Shown one piece after another: positions 23,997-35,360 of a DNA stretch of 36,531 bases. Position numbers and translations under genes: made by a program. Source of the DNA: Priapulus caudatus (taxonomy: Eukaryota); assembly GCF_000485595.1 (NCBI RefSeq), contig NW_014577064.1, forward strand, positions 52,403 through 88,933, in the 5' to 3' direction. The notes below the pieces were generated by a model. That model saw nothing but the letters and a program-made list of their open reading frames with translations, was not told the DNA's origin and searched no databases. Position 1 is the first letter of the stretch, and every line of letters starts with the position of its first letter.

Positions 23997-24647
23997 TAGA
24001 TACAATAATGTAACCCAAACCCAAGAGGATAGGGTTACAAAGTGTCCCTATCCTTTTCTGCGGAGGAATGCCCGAGTGAATCACTCGGGCCGGTTTGCTG
24101 GTGCGTTTTCAGATACTAGAACTTCCAAACTGGGTTTATTCTAAACACGAACCTTTCTCCGCTATTCGGGAACTCACAATGTATCGCAATACTCTGTATT
24201 AAACTAATATAACCTGTTAAAAAAATTCGAAGTGACGAGCGGCGAATATACTGAGCGCCATTTCTGTTGACCTGTGACGTACGCATTTCCCAATGCGCAT
24301 AGCGATCGGCAAACGCAGCGCCCTCCGATTGGTCGGTGAATCCACTCTTCAAACCGAAGTACGTCACAGGTCAACAGAAATGGCGCTCAGTATATTCGCC
24401 GCTCGTCACTTCGAATTTTTGTAACAGGTTATATTAGTTTAATACAGAGTATTGCGATACATAGTAAGTTCCCAGATAGCGGAGAAAGGTTCGTGTTTAG
24501 AAAAACCCAGTTTGGAAGTTCTAGTATCTGAAAACGCACCAGCAAACCGGCCCAAGTGATTCACTCGGGCATTCCTCCGCAGAAAAGGTTAGGGACACTT
24601 TGTAACCCTATCCTCTTGGGTTTGGGTTACATTAATTATTGTATCTA
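23997..24647. mobile_element. Foldback/MITE with long terminal inverted repeats and 9-bp TSD (Mutator-like, non-autonomous)
   Basis: Arms 23997-24282 and 24359-24647 are near-perfect reverse complements around a 76-bp spacer. AGTGTCAGT flanks both ends (23988-23996 and 24648-24656). Confidence 0.9.
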
Positions 24648-24912
24648 AGTGTCAGTGTATCGCCCTAAAAATATTTCAATGAATAATAAAAACTTTAACG
24701 TCAAAATTCAAATTATACAAATAACAACTGACATATTCAAAGAGTCAACTTCCACCTTCATGAGTTACATGTTACATAAGAGTAATATTTACATGAGAGT
24801 CGAGACTAAGTCTAAGAGTACGTCATATTATAAGTTTATACGTCAACTTGTGTTTACCACGGTTATCTTACATCGCCACATCTAAGTTAATGTAAAAATG
24901 GTTTGAGAATGC

Positions 24913-24926
24913 CCAGCAGATGGCGC
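24913..24926 (+). promoter_or_regulatory. CTCF-like motif between the divergent genes
   Basis: CCAGCAGATGGCGC fits the CTCF core consensus CCASYAGRKGGCRS at all 14 positions. Motif match only. Confidence 0.45.
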
Positions 24927-24977
24927 CTATTGGCAGTCTATAAATCCCCAACGGCCGTACAACGACGGAATATTTAG

Positions 24978-25034
24978 TAACATAACATAACGTAACATAA
25001 CATAACATAACATAACATAACATAGTAACGTAAC
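24978..25034 (+). repeat. (AACAT)n pentanucleotide microsatellite
   Basis: taacataacataacgtaacataacataac... Confidence 0.9.
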
Positions 25035-26002
25035 AGTTCATAATTAACTGTACTGCTGAGGCTGAATAGGAATTATGGCGAAACTGAAACTGTAGAGTTT
25101 TTAAAGCGAGTTCTGGGATCTACAAAAAAATTTCGGAGAAAAAACTCACTGTAACATTCTTAGATAAAGTAGCTAAAAAAATAACTAAAAAATAAAAAAT
25201 AGGGAAATTATGTCGGTTCCTCTGTGTAAATCATGATTATCATTCGATCTAAGGTTCCGGATCATAATTCAAATTTAAATTCAAAATTCAAATTCAAATA
25301 AAATTTATTGCACGGATAATCGCTGATCATACAGGCAAATACAAACTACAATAAAACAAGTTTCTATACTAATAAAAACAAGAGAGAAACGATGTGTCTT
25401 ATACTACTTGACATGACTGCATGACCCATGGTATATAATTTAATACATACATACATATATTTGGGCTACTACTGGTAAAGAGGGTGGGTTGGTAAAGAAA
25501 CACATACCGTATACAAATCACAAAATTGCTCGTTTTATACGAATATAAACGAATATATATATATATATGCATATATATATTGCTAATTACATCTATTATT
25601 GATTATATCAGAAGTGCATAAAGGATAAAAGGAAATGCAAGCAGATATATGCTTCGTACAGTCATTTATATATACCATAAGACAAATAAATGAACACACA
25701 CGTAGATGCACATGCATACGCGTGGGTGTTCATGTATGAGTATGTGTTCGCGTGTTTGTGATTTTTAATTCTTTGTCTACATTAATTCGCAACTATAGTC
25801 AAAAAAAGTTTATATATAACACAGGTAATATATAACATATATTATAATAAAGAGTAAGAACATTTTTCGATTAATTCTTGAAATAAATACTGGCGTTAGT
25901 TGCTATAGCGTGTTACTTGAACCATTTTACGACCATACAAAAATATTTCAAGTGATACATTGTAACAATGAAATCTTTAATTTCTGACGACCTGCTCGTA
26001 AA

Positions 26003-26059
26003 GCCCGCCGCACACGCTGTGTTTTGTGTGCAGCACAAAACACAGCGTGTGCGGCGGGC
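26003..26059. repeat. Perfect 26-bp inverted repeat with 5-nt loop
   Basis: gcccgccgcacacgctgtgttttgtg-tgcag-cacaaaacacagcgtgtgcggcgggc. Confidence 0.95.
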
Positions 26060-26742
26060 ATAACCGCATATATATATTCTTAGCGTTTTACGAACGCTAA
26101 AAAACATTAAATTATTATGATTTGAATAATTAATTTGCTCTGTATATATAGTCAGAGCATGTGTATCGTATGACATACGTGCTTTGATATAGTGAATCTC
26201 AGACGATTATGAGATGTACAATTCTCATTGAATAAAAACGTTATTGCGTATCTATATAGGCGATATGCGCAGTGATAAAATGACTGCGGAATGATAAAAT
26301 TGTAATTTTATTAGATCTACTCGATTAATTCATTTTATAAATGTTTTTGCTTAACTTTGTAAGCGCGGGGTTATGTACGTACGGGTTATCTCTGTTCATG
26401 CATCCGCTTGGTACCGTACTTGTATCCCACCAGCTTGGCCAGATCATATCATCTCGGGCTTTCACGACCTTGAGCGCGTGTCCCACACATGCCCCCATGA
26501 TTGGATGTCTTGGCATCCACGTGATGTTGTGATGATGGGAGTCGGCCATAACGTGTTGTGAGACCAAAACATTAGTATTGCGCGTTGACGGGGTTGCATT
26601 GTTCGTTTGTGTAAATCTGTGATAAGATTTTTGAAATTAGAAATCCATATTTTAAAATAGCGAACCGCGACAATTTTTTTGTCATTAAGCGGGAAAGCTG
26701 TAATGGTGGCCCCAACACAAGTGTAATGTGGTTTGTCATCTC

Positions 26743-26775
26743 ATGATTCATCGTCGTGGCGGGAAAATGACCATG
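26743..26775 (+). CDS. NFI: Candidate first coding exon of NFI (MIHRRGGKMTM, or MTM from 26767)
   Basis: ATG|GTAAGG is a strong phase-0 donor that would join in frame to DEFHPF at 30860. An in-frame TAA lies at 26701. No homology support. Confidence 0.5.
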
Positions 26776-27239
26776 GTAAGGCTTTTGTAGGTAGAAAGTA
26801 AAGTCCGCTCAATAATGTGACGTAATTAAATAATTCCGTAGTCTACAAAAATATCGTGTGTAACATGGTAACCAGCGTGGCTGTCCAGACTGTTCGTTTA
26901 TCACCCTGTGTCGACATGCCAAACAACTTCAAACACCAGGCACTCGTGGCCAAATTCTAGCTTGCCAGCTGCTGATGGTGGCACTGGTAGGCCCTACTAC
27001 GTACTAGGGATTAGGGTTTTAACTTTTGGTCGCAGGCTAAATTTATTCAGCATTTTCCTACAGCACACGGTTATCAGTGCACATCCACTACATCAGGGAT
27101 GAAAATTAACACTCGCCCAGTCGCCAGAGGCGAGTGGAAATAATGTTGGGCCCCAGAATTTCATCGAAAAGGTCACTACGTAATGCGAGGTTTGTTTATA
27201 ATCAGTACTGCGTAGGAATTAATATACTGACTGTTTCAC

Positions 27240-27345
27240 TGCTATGATTACGCCCACTACGGGTTCAGTGCTATGATTACGCCACTAACGGGTTCAGTGC
27301 TATGATTACGCCACTACGGGTTCAGTGCTATGATTACGCCATTAC
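27240..27345 (+). repeat. Tandem repeat, 28-29-bp unit, about 3.5 copies
   Basis: tgctatgattacgccactacgggttcag repeated head-to-tail. Confidence 0.92.
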
Positions 27346-27528
27346 AATTTGCTCACCATCATCTACAATTTTGATACATTTTTTGACCACTAGAAATAGA
27401 ATGAAAACTAATTCAATCTATGCTAGGAATAGTACTGTATAGTACTAGTAGTAGTAGGAACACGTTGTCACAATGTCGTCATGGGGACGGCCATATTACA
27501 TGTTGATTCCAGCCTGGTGAAAACCATG

Positions 27529-27979
27529 TACGGCACTTTGGAGTGTTTTCAATAAAATATATATGCTAAATAAGATACGAAATCTATTTTACTACCAAAA
27601 GTCTTTAATGTGTTCTAGGCCTACTCTCTTCACCTATTATTGGCCGACAATTTCCCGTAAAGCCGTCCAAATACTCGTATGTCAACACACACTGGCTGCT
27701 GCACGCTATAGCTGCTGCACACTGACACATAAATAAATAAATATTTATTATATTATATATATTTACATAAATAAATAAATATTTATGTGTCAGTGTGCAG
27801 CAGCTAGCGTGCGGCAGCCAGCGTGTGTTGCATGATGAGCATTTGAACAGCATTTACAGGAAATCGTCGGCAATAATAGGTGAAAGAGAGTAGGCCTACA
27901 GAAACATTAAGACTTTAGTAGTAAATAGATTTCGTATTTATTTAGCATTATATTTTATTGAAACGCTCAAAGTGTCTGT
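27529..27979. mobile_element. Diverged palindromic (foldback/MITE) element
   Basis: Imperfect inverted arms of roughly 210 bp (e.g. ctcttcacctattatt / aataataggtgaaagag; tgcacactgacacataaata / tatttatgtgtcagtgtgca) around an AT-rich centre. Confidence 0.85.
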
Positions 27980-28068
27980 GGGTGAAATGTAAACTGGGAT
28001 CTCATTGGTTCAGGGCTGGGAACTCAGCCAGTGAGAGCATGTGTTGTATATGGTGTTGTATCTGACCA

Positions 28069-28129
28069 TAGATATATATACAAGCACATGTGCATGTTCA
28101 TATGTTTCATGTGTTTGTATATCTATCTA
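28069..28129. repeat. Imperfect 22-bp inverted repeat
   Basis: tagatatatatacaagcacatg pairs with catgtgtttgtatatctatcta (2 mismatches). Confidence 0.6.
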
Positions 28130-30008
28130 CTATCTGACATTGCCACAGATCATTGGGAAGGAATGTGGGTTGTAACATGGTTGTAAAACAATCCAATGCA
28201 ATCTAATAAAATTTGTGAATCATACTAGATAATATATTTGAAAAAAATAATTAAATATTGATAAATGATTTTTCAAAATCATGCTATAATTATGCACAGT
28301 CTGTCTGTAAAAAAGTAATATATGTAAGCGGATATGCTCTGTCTTGTTAGCTGCCTGTTTTTATGGCTGGTTTGTAGAGTGATATTTTGGGAAATATAGA
28401 TAATTCAAGGTGTTGCTGCCCCACAGCCGAAAACAAAAATTTCCAAGAGACGATCCCAACTTGCGGCGCCTTCGTGCATAAGCCTGGGCCTCTAATTTGA
28501 GCTGGGCCTTAATAGTTTTAACTTTAGGGAGCCCAGGCTGGCTACTCACATTTTTGGGTAAGTTTTCAATCATTACAGTAGTTAAACCAGCAGGGCGAGG
28601 GGTTGGTTTGATATATGCCAAGGTAGGCCATAGATGAGATTAAGCAAGGTCGGTGTGATATATTTATTAATTAATTTAACCTTAACAAGTTAACATTGAA
28701 TTTTATAATAATGTACTACACTCAAATAAAACTGATTGGTTTTGTATGTCTGTGCGCCTCGTTGGTAATCATTAACTAGTAGAAGCTCCGTTGAGAATCG
28801 CAGAGTATCAGCTATCGCTAATAGAAGAATGACTGTGCATTAGAATATGCTATGCATATGGCCCGTAGACCTACAAATGAGAAAGTAGTGTGCTGTCTGA
28901 ACTTATATTACAACATGAATTTTTCTGATACAATAATGTCAAATATAAGGGACGATGTAGAGCACTGCTGTACATGTATATATGTAGCACTATGTGCTAA
29001 GAAACAGCCTGTGGAACTACAAGAAATTTCATCACTATTATATATGTATGTATTCTTATAATAAGCCCTGGATAATCTTAAATTCTGTCGAAGAAATTAA
29101 TTTTACTCGAACTATATCTGCATATAAAATAAATAATAAAAATAAATAAGATAATTGAATTGCAAGGACATCTTAGTTTTTGCCTCAGTTCAGGATAGGG
29201 TTAATGACAATTGTTAATGTTTAAAGAAATGTATTTTTTAGTACATCATGACAATACATTTAAGACCATAATACATACATGACAAAAATATAAGCAGGTA
29301 GCACAATAATTTATAAAGGTAACAAATTATTAAGAATGGCAGGACTTGGTGTGTGTTCAGATACATGTCATGTATGCCTTGTATCACTTTTATGAAGGTG
29401 GAATACTTATTTTTGGAATACAGGATTGTACTGAGCACTATAATCTCAGAACCGGGATATACTAGATAATAATGCCCATTCAATTTTCTTTCAGAAGTCT
29501 TGATTATCCAACCTTTGCTGATCTCGTATTTTGTTATATCAGGCATAGTCAATCTGCTTGTTATATGTACTGAAAAGCTGTACTGAATGACAGTGCATGA
29601 GCACTACTACTATTTTTCCCAATATCATGTTGATTTGCCTCTCAGGGATGCACATGCTGCAATGCTAGCTTACTTTGCACAAGAAAGGGAAGCAGTTGCT
29701 ACTACTGTCATGTCAGTGAGACGCTGACATGGCCTTGCCACAACGAAGGGCAAATCTGGGAAACAAACTTTATGCAACCACTCATCTTAAAAACAATGAC
29801 TAACAATAGTTATCTGCCCTATTATTTTAGTTATACTGTAGAGTGTAGATTGTAGAATGATGGTGTTTCCTACGAATTAGTTCTTCGTTACTGACGACTG
29901 ATCGCCGGTGTTGTGAATTGCACAACTATGTAACTTGGTTACTTTGTTGGCTTCTTCTAACCAATCTGTTCACGTCATATTCATTGGATTTTGCAGTTCA
30001 GTAACTTA

Positions 30009-30314
30009 GGCCTAAAAAAAGACGTTTGTTTCCGCTAACCCGACCGAGTCCATTCCATTTTAAACCGCCGTGTCGAAACTTATTGGGATTGGCAAAAAAA
30101 AATATATATATTTTTCAAAAATCAAAAAAATCCTAACGTGATATCGATCGTTGAATGCATTGATTTGACTTTGAAGTCATTATATTGACTGTTATAAGTA
30201 TAAAAAAAGTATTGTTAGAATACAAAAAAAACATTTGATAAAAAAAAGTTTTGCCTGCCTACCGTGTCCAATTTTTTTCAGCTCGTTAGCGGTAACAAAC
30301 GCCTTTTTTAGGCC
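30009..30314. mobile_element. MITE with ~30-bp TIRs beginning GGCC (PIF/Harbinger-like)
   Basis: ggcctaaaaaaaagacgtttgtttccgctaac pairs with gttagcggtaacaaacgccttttttaggcc. Flanks are TTA and GTA, an imperfect TWA-type TSD. Confidence 0.65.
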
Positions 30315-30571
30315 GTAACAAACATTCTGATTGCAGGCCCTAGCTGGGCAGCCCTATAACCTTCAACAACATTGGGTGTGTTATGTTTTAGGTTTTGCAT
30401 GTGTACAGATTGGACAAGTACCATGTGCATAAATGTGCAAACATGGAAGGCCAAATAATCTAAGTAGTTGACTTACAAATTATCAGGAGTAGATAATAGA
30501 AGATAATAGGAGTATTATCACCGCCGTATTATTAATAGGAGTAGGAAGATAATAGGAGTATAGGAGGATAA

Positions 30572-30614
30572 TCAGGAGTAGATAATAGAATAGTCTTCTA
30601 TTATCTACTCCTGA
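30572..30614. repeat. Perfect 19-bp inverted repeat with 5-nt loop
   Basis: tcaggagtagataatagaa-tagtc-ttctattatctactcctga. The arm start is repeated directly near 30483. Confidence 0.85.
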
Positions 30615-30859
30615 AATTATGTGCATGTGTGAACGTGTGTAGATACTATGGGCATTAGTTAATATTATATTTTTATAATATGGCTGAATGTACATTCCTT
30701 GAGAACTAACATTGCACCAATCTCAACGAAGTTTCTGTTTTATTACACGCTTTTTAAAATGAGACAGTTGACAGTTAATGCGATAATACTTGTTTGTATT
30801 AACTGCTGTCGTATTTTTTTTAACATATTTTGGAACCATGTATGGTTGTATTTTGACAG

Positions 30860-31015
30860 GATGAGTTTCATCCATTCATTGAGGCTCTGCTGCCGCACGT
30901 AAAGTCCTTTGCCTACACCTGGTTCAATCTACAAGCTGCGAAACGCAAGTATTACAAGAAGCATGAGAAGCGCATGAGCATTGATGAGGAGCGCAGGTGT
31001 AAAGAGGAATTGCAG
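30860..31015 (+). CDS. NFI: Nuclear factor I, DNA-binding domain exon
   Basis: ACAG acceptor and GTAAT donor. Translates [52 protein letters not shown], the hallmark NFI/CTF N-terminus. Confidence 0.98.
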
Positions 31016-31312
31016 GTAATGGGAAATATCCGTGATGAAATATCTAATTAGGGCGCACTTAGTTAATTGCTCCTTTCAAATAGCACAAAGGCATTGTGAT
31101 AAGTAGCACACTACCTGACCAGAGAAATAGACAGTTTTAAAATTTGGTGCTGCCAGTAATTAGGAAGACCGAATTGTAATTTACATTATATAGAAAATAT
31201 AAATGTTAGTTTGTGACATATTATATAATGCATGAAAATACCAGTCCAGTGCTCATAATTTTTATGGTTTGTGTGCATGTTTTTACTCTTAGTGTTTGTT
31301 TATGCTAATAGC

Positions 31313-31602
31313 ATAACTTTAATTAGGAGCTTCCACTCTTAAGCAAGCAAAAAAAAGTTTAAAATTGACAATCATGTCAATATAGAGAAGGCAGCACAAG
31401 TAAGTGTCATCTATAAGTACAAACACTGGCAATTTACAGTTTTTTATTGATTTCTCGATATTGAATAATTAAAATAGTATATAGCTAGTGTTTGTACTTA
31501 TAGATGACACTTACTTGTGCTGCCTTCTCTACATTGACATGATTTTTAATTTTAAACTTTTTTTATGCTTGCTTAAGAGTGGAAGCTTCTAATTAAAGTC
31601 AT
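31313..31602. mobile_element. Palindromic MITE-like element in an NFI intron
   Basis: Inverted arms of about 115-120 bp (e.g. agagaaggcagcacaagtaagtgtcatctataagtacaaacact and its exact reverse complement) with a short AT-rich spacer. Confidence 0.85.
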
Positions 31603-31723
31603 ATTGCATTAATCTTTTACCCTATTTAATTAGAAAAATGTAGCATACGAGTCTAAGGTGAAATATTTTTGTTCCTTTTTCTCCACAAGTGATTTCGTGT
31701 GATTTTAAATTTTAATTCTGCAG

Positions 31724-31829
31724 TGCGAAAAAGTTGAAGTCAAACAGAAATGGGCGTCGCGCCTGCTCGGCAAGTTACGGAAGGACATAACACAGGAGTG
31801 CCGAGAAGATTTTGTGCTTTCAATTCAAG
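31724..31829 (+). CDS. NFI: NFI exon (DNA-binding domain)
   Basis: 106 nt, phase 0-1. Translates [35 protein letters not shown]. Confidence 0.97.
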
Positions 31830-32446
31830 GTAACTGGGATTTAAGATCGCTTTTCATCAGGTTGGGCCAGGTGCTTAGCGGTTAGTGCAGCATCAATTTG
31901 TTCAGAAACAGCTAACATTCGATTCCCGGTAATGTCAATAAATAAATGCAGAGGGAGCCACATGGTAGGTGTAGTCGCAGTGTCCACAGTGGGTGTAGTG
32001 AAAATTCTGGCTTATATAGTGTCTGTGATTATTACCTGAGGGTCAGCACTCCCTGACTTTACCGCTTAATGACGCATGCACTGCAATACGCACAGCGTTC
32101 AATATACACAAGTATAGCTCTGAAAGGGTGTTGTGTGCACATATTATGTTCAGAATCCATTGAAAAGCTGAGAATAATTGTCAGCCTGCTTCTAAGTGTA
32201 GGGTCACTTACAACATTTGCCTAAGATAGAAGGAAGTTTCATCTAGGCGAAAATATTCCTGTTAACCAATGGTCGTCTCCCTTTTCTCGGAATAAAATAA
32301 CGTCATTTACACAATGCACCTGTTTATTCGAGCTCTAGTAAACAGGTGAAGGGAAGACCACAGTATGTACTGAATGAGATAAATGTGTTTGTAATCCCAC
32401 TTAGATTGCACGAAAAGAGCACGTTTACAAGATCTATATGTTTCAG

Positions 32447-32571
32447 GTAAACGACAGTCGTTGTGTGTGCTAAGCAATCCGGATCAGAAAGGTAAAATTC
32501 GTCGGATAGATTGTCTACGGCAAGCTGACAAGGTGTGGCGGCTAGATTTGGTCATGGTTATATTATTTAGG
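32447..32571 (+). CDS. NFI: NFI exon (MH1-like DNA-binding domain)
   Basis: 125 nt, phase 1-0. Translates [42 protein letters not shown]. Confidence 0.98.
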
Positions 32572-34082
32572 GTGAGTATGGAATGCGCTCTTTGTCAGTA
32601 TCATCTTTGGAGAGGAATTTGAGTTTTAGTGCAAATCATGCTTAAATTGACTACGTCACAAATTTTCTATGGTCAAATTTGTAAAATTTTTATTGCCATT
32701 TTTTTACATTAAAAGTAAGAACTAAGGGGACTAAACGTATCGTCAAATTCTTACCTGATAAGATTGTTTCTCAACTAGTTAAAAATCCAAAAAACCTGGA
32801 CGATTTGATATTAGTGTTCCTGGCATTAATTGCTTGATATGGGCTATGTATGAGTCACGAGTGTATGTTCACATCGAACAATATAGTAGAATAAGAAGTA
32901 TAATGCAGCAATTTAACCATAAAAAGTGAACAGAATTGCTTATATTTTGTGGAAAAGTGGAAATATTTTGTTTATTTTTTACTATTTACGGTGACGTAAT
33001 CACTTTAACTGGCATCAAAATTTGAACATGTCAAATAAGAAATAAGGTAATGTAAGGCAAATTAATTCGTAAGAGTGGTTTTTATGTATATTCTGTAACC
33101 TATTTGAAAAAAATTAGTAGTACTCCAATAATGAGATAGTCATATGGTATTGGTATTAAAAAAATCAAAACAAATACACAAAAATCTAGAGATACCTGTA
33201 CTGCCTTAGGAGTACAGCTGTATACCAAAATAAGGAATTCTCCGTGTATAAAGGACATTACATGCATTAACTGATGGTTTCCATAAAAGTGAATTTATAA
33301 TTTCTATAAAGCACAGTTTCAAATTGATGTTATGGTGTTTAAATGTGTCACGTGGGGTTTGGTGTATGGAATATGTGGATTGTATGTAGGATAATTTCAT
33401 TTTTATTTGCTTGATATTCGAGCTTTATAAAAAATTGTAAATGTCGCTTCGTGCAGCTTTTGGGAAAGTATCATGAATTGTATGCAGCTGACAATCTTGA
33501 TGTGGTTGCATTTGGGTATAAATTTACATTCGACTTCGAAACAAACCGAACAAAACCTAAATGTTCTGAAATGTTAGAAAATCTTGTCCACTAGGAGGCA
33601 CCACCTTCTATATTTTACCAATTAGTTGATGCTGCGTTTCACGAAATTTTAGTAATTCATTTATTTAATTGAACAATTTGTTAAGTCAATAATATATTCA
33701 TGTTTTGCTTATCTTACGTAGCATGTAGCTTGTTGAATGATAATAGCATTTTCCTTGACCTTGTGCATGCCATTTGTGCTCATGCACACATCATATCATT
33801 AAAATGACATTATTGTAGATCTATGTCTGTCTACTTTATGACATTGATATGTGATTGTTCTTAAAGTGAGGTATGTATTGGTGTATAAATTAAAAGTCTA
33901 TATTACCTTATCAGGAAATTCAATTTTGTCTGGTTGCCTTACCTATGCCAGACAGTACAGTTTTCCCGATAGGTCACAAAAGCCAATATGCTTTAAGATT
34001 CTTCCGAGTTTTCAAATAACCTGCTATTTTCAGTATGTAGTCACATGCATAAAATTGCTATGGTGTGCTTTGTTTTCAACAG

Positions 34083-34227
34083 GCTGTCCCACTAGAGAGT
34101 ACGGATGGGGAGAGGCTTGAGAAAGCACCCGTGTGTGCAAACCATCACCTATGTGTTAATCCTTACCATGTCAACATATCTGTTAGAGAGCTAGACTTGT
34201 ATCTGTCGAATTACATCCTAAGAAGCC
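34083..34227 (+). CDS. NFI: NFI exon (end of DNA-binding domain)
   Basis: 145 nt, phase 0-1. Translates AVPLESTDGERLEKAPVCANHHLCVNPYHVNISVRELDLYLSNYILRS. Confidence 0.97.
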
Positions 34228-34525
34228 GTGAGTATTTCTTATTTGTTTACAGTTCTGAAAAATGTAGAAGGAATTGTTCAGGGAGCTGATTGTTTATGCA
34301 GGCAGTGTAATCTTAGTTCTTGTGTTACTTACATACTGTTGTTGTCCTGTTTTAAGTTGTATATATGTCCATCTTACATTTTAAGATAATTAGCAATGGC
34401 AACTAGAACATCTTTTTTATACTAGAAATGCATACCTCAATTCTTTGCATTCGCTCCTCTATGCTCTATATATAATGTACAATTTGAAAAACCTAGGAAT
34501 GAGAGTGAACATGTTTACATTTTAG

Positions 34526-34588
34526 AACCGGTGATGATTGGTACTGAAAGTATGCAAAGAAGGCGTGACAGTGACGAAGAAGTTCTAA
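34526..34588 (+). CDS. NFI: Probable NFI exon (linker)
   Basis: TTTTAG acceptor and GTAAGT donor; 63 nt, phase 1-1, open frame QPVMIGTESMQRRRDSDEEVL. Confidence 0.7.
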
Positions 34589-34983
34589 GTAAGTAGCGTC
34601 ACAGCTAACGTGTCTTGTATGTGTGCCAGTGATCACATTTCTTTAGAGTTTTCTTCTGTTCTGTTCTCGGTTGCAATGGATGAGTACCACATGTCACCAT
34701 GTTTGACACGTGGATATTAAACGGAGGATATGATATATTATATGCCTATTTTATTTCCTGGCATGCGGCAGTGAATGGCCCTTAAAATATGCTATATGCT
34801 ACGACAGGCTGTTTGGTGCGCTCCCAATGTTATAATAGAACCTATTTCATCCTGTGATCATTTATTAACGTTTTGTGTTGATGTGTAATGCACCTGCCTC
34901 TAGCATGAGCGCAGTATGTGATGAAGGGCATATATGTGAATTATTAGCATGCTTGGTATGTTAGTATCGTTTATTGCTTAAAG

Positions 34984-35082
34984 GTCCAGGTGACTACCAC
35001 ACAGTCGCACTGACATCGAGTGAAGACGGTGTACACGTTGGCGGTGTTTATACGGCTGCCGAGCTGATGAGATGCACGCGGA
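34984..35082 (+). CDS. NFI: NFI exon
   Basis: 99 nt, phase 1-1. Translates SPGDYHTVALTSSEDGVHVGGVYTAAELMRCTR, resembling the GVF...EL.R motif that follows the NFI DNA-binding domain. An alternative in-frame acceptor gives a start at 34990. Confidence 0.8.
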
Positions 35083-35110
35083 GTACGTACCTACTTGTTA
35101 CTGTTATTAC

Positions 35111-35360
35111 CTTCTCCTCTTCCTCCTCCTCCTCCTCCTCCTCCTGCTCCTCCCTCCAGCTCCTGCTCTTGCTCCCTTCCCCCATTTTTCTTGTTTTTTT
35201 AATACTTTTTTGCCTTCTTTATCTTCTTATTCTTTTTCGTCGTCTACTTCGCCTTCTTCTTATTTTTTCCCTGATCCTATTCTCCTTCCTCTTTTTGTTC
35301 TGCTCCTTCTACTCCTCCCCCTCTTCCCCCATATTTTTTCTATTCTTTGTATTCTTTTTA
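35111..35360 (+). repeat. (TCC/TCT)n pyrimidine low-complexity tract in an NFI intron
   Basis: Directly visible. Confidence 0.8.

Noticed and set aside
24116..24367. Transposase fragment inside the foldback element
   Set aside because: Short ORF running through a TIR arm, with no DDE or zinc-finger features.
27240..27345. CRISPR array, or lacZ-alpha vector trace (atgattacgcc)
   Set aside because: Units are contiguous with no unique spacers, the context is eukaryotic with no cas genes, and the vector-like match is only a dozen bases.
28615..28627. ATGCCAAG|GTAGG as the NFI first coding exon
   Set aside because: Phase 2 relative to its ATG, incompatible with the phase-0 DEFHPF exon.
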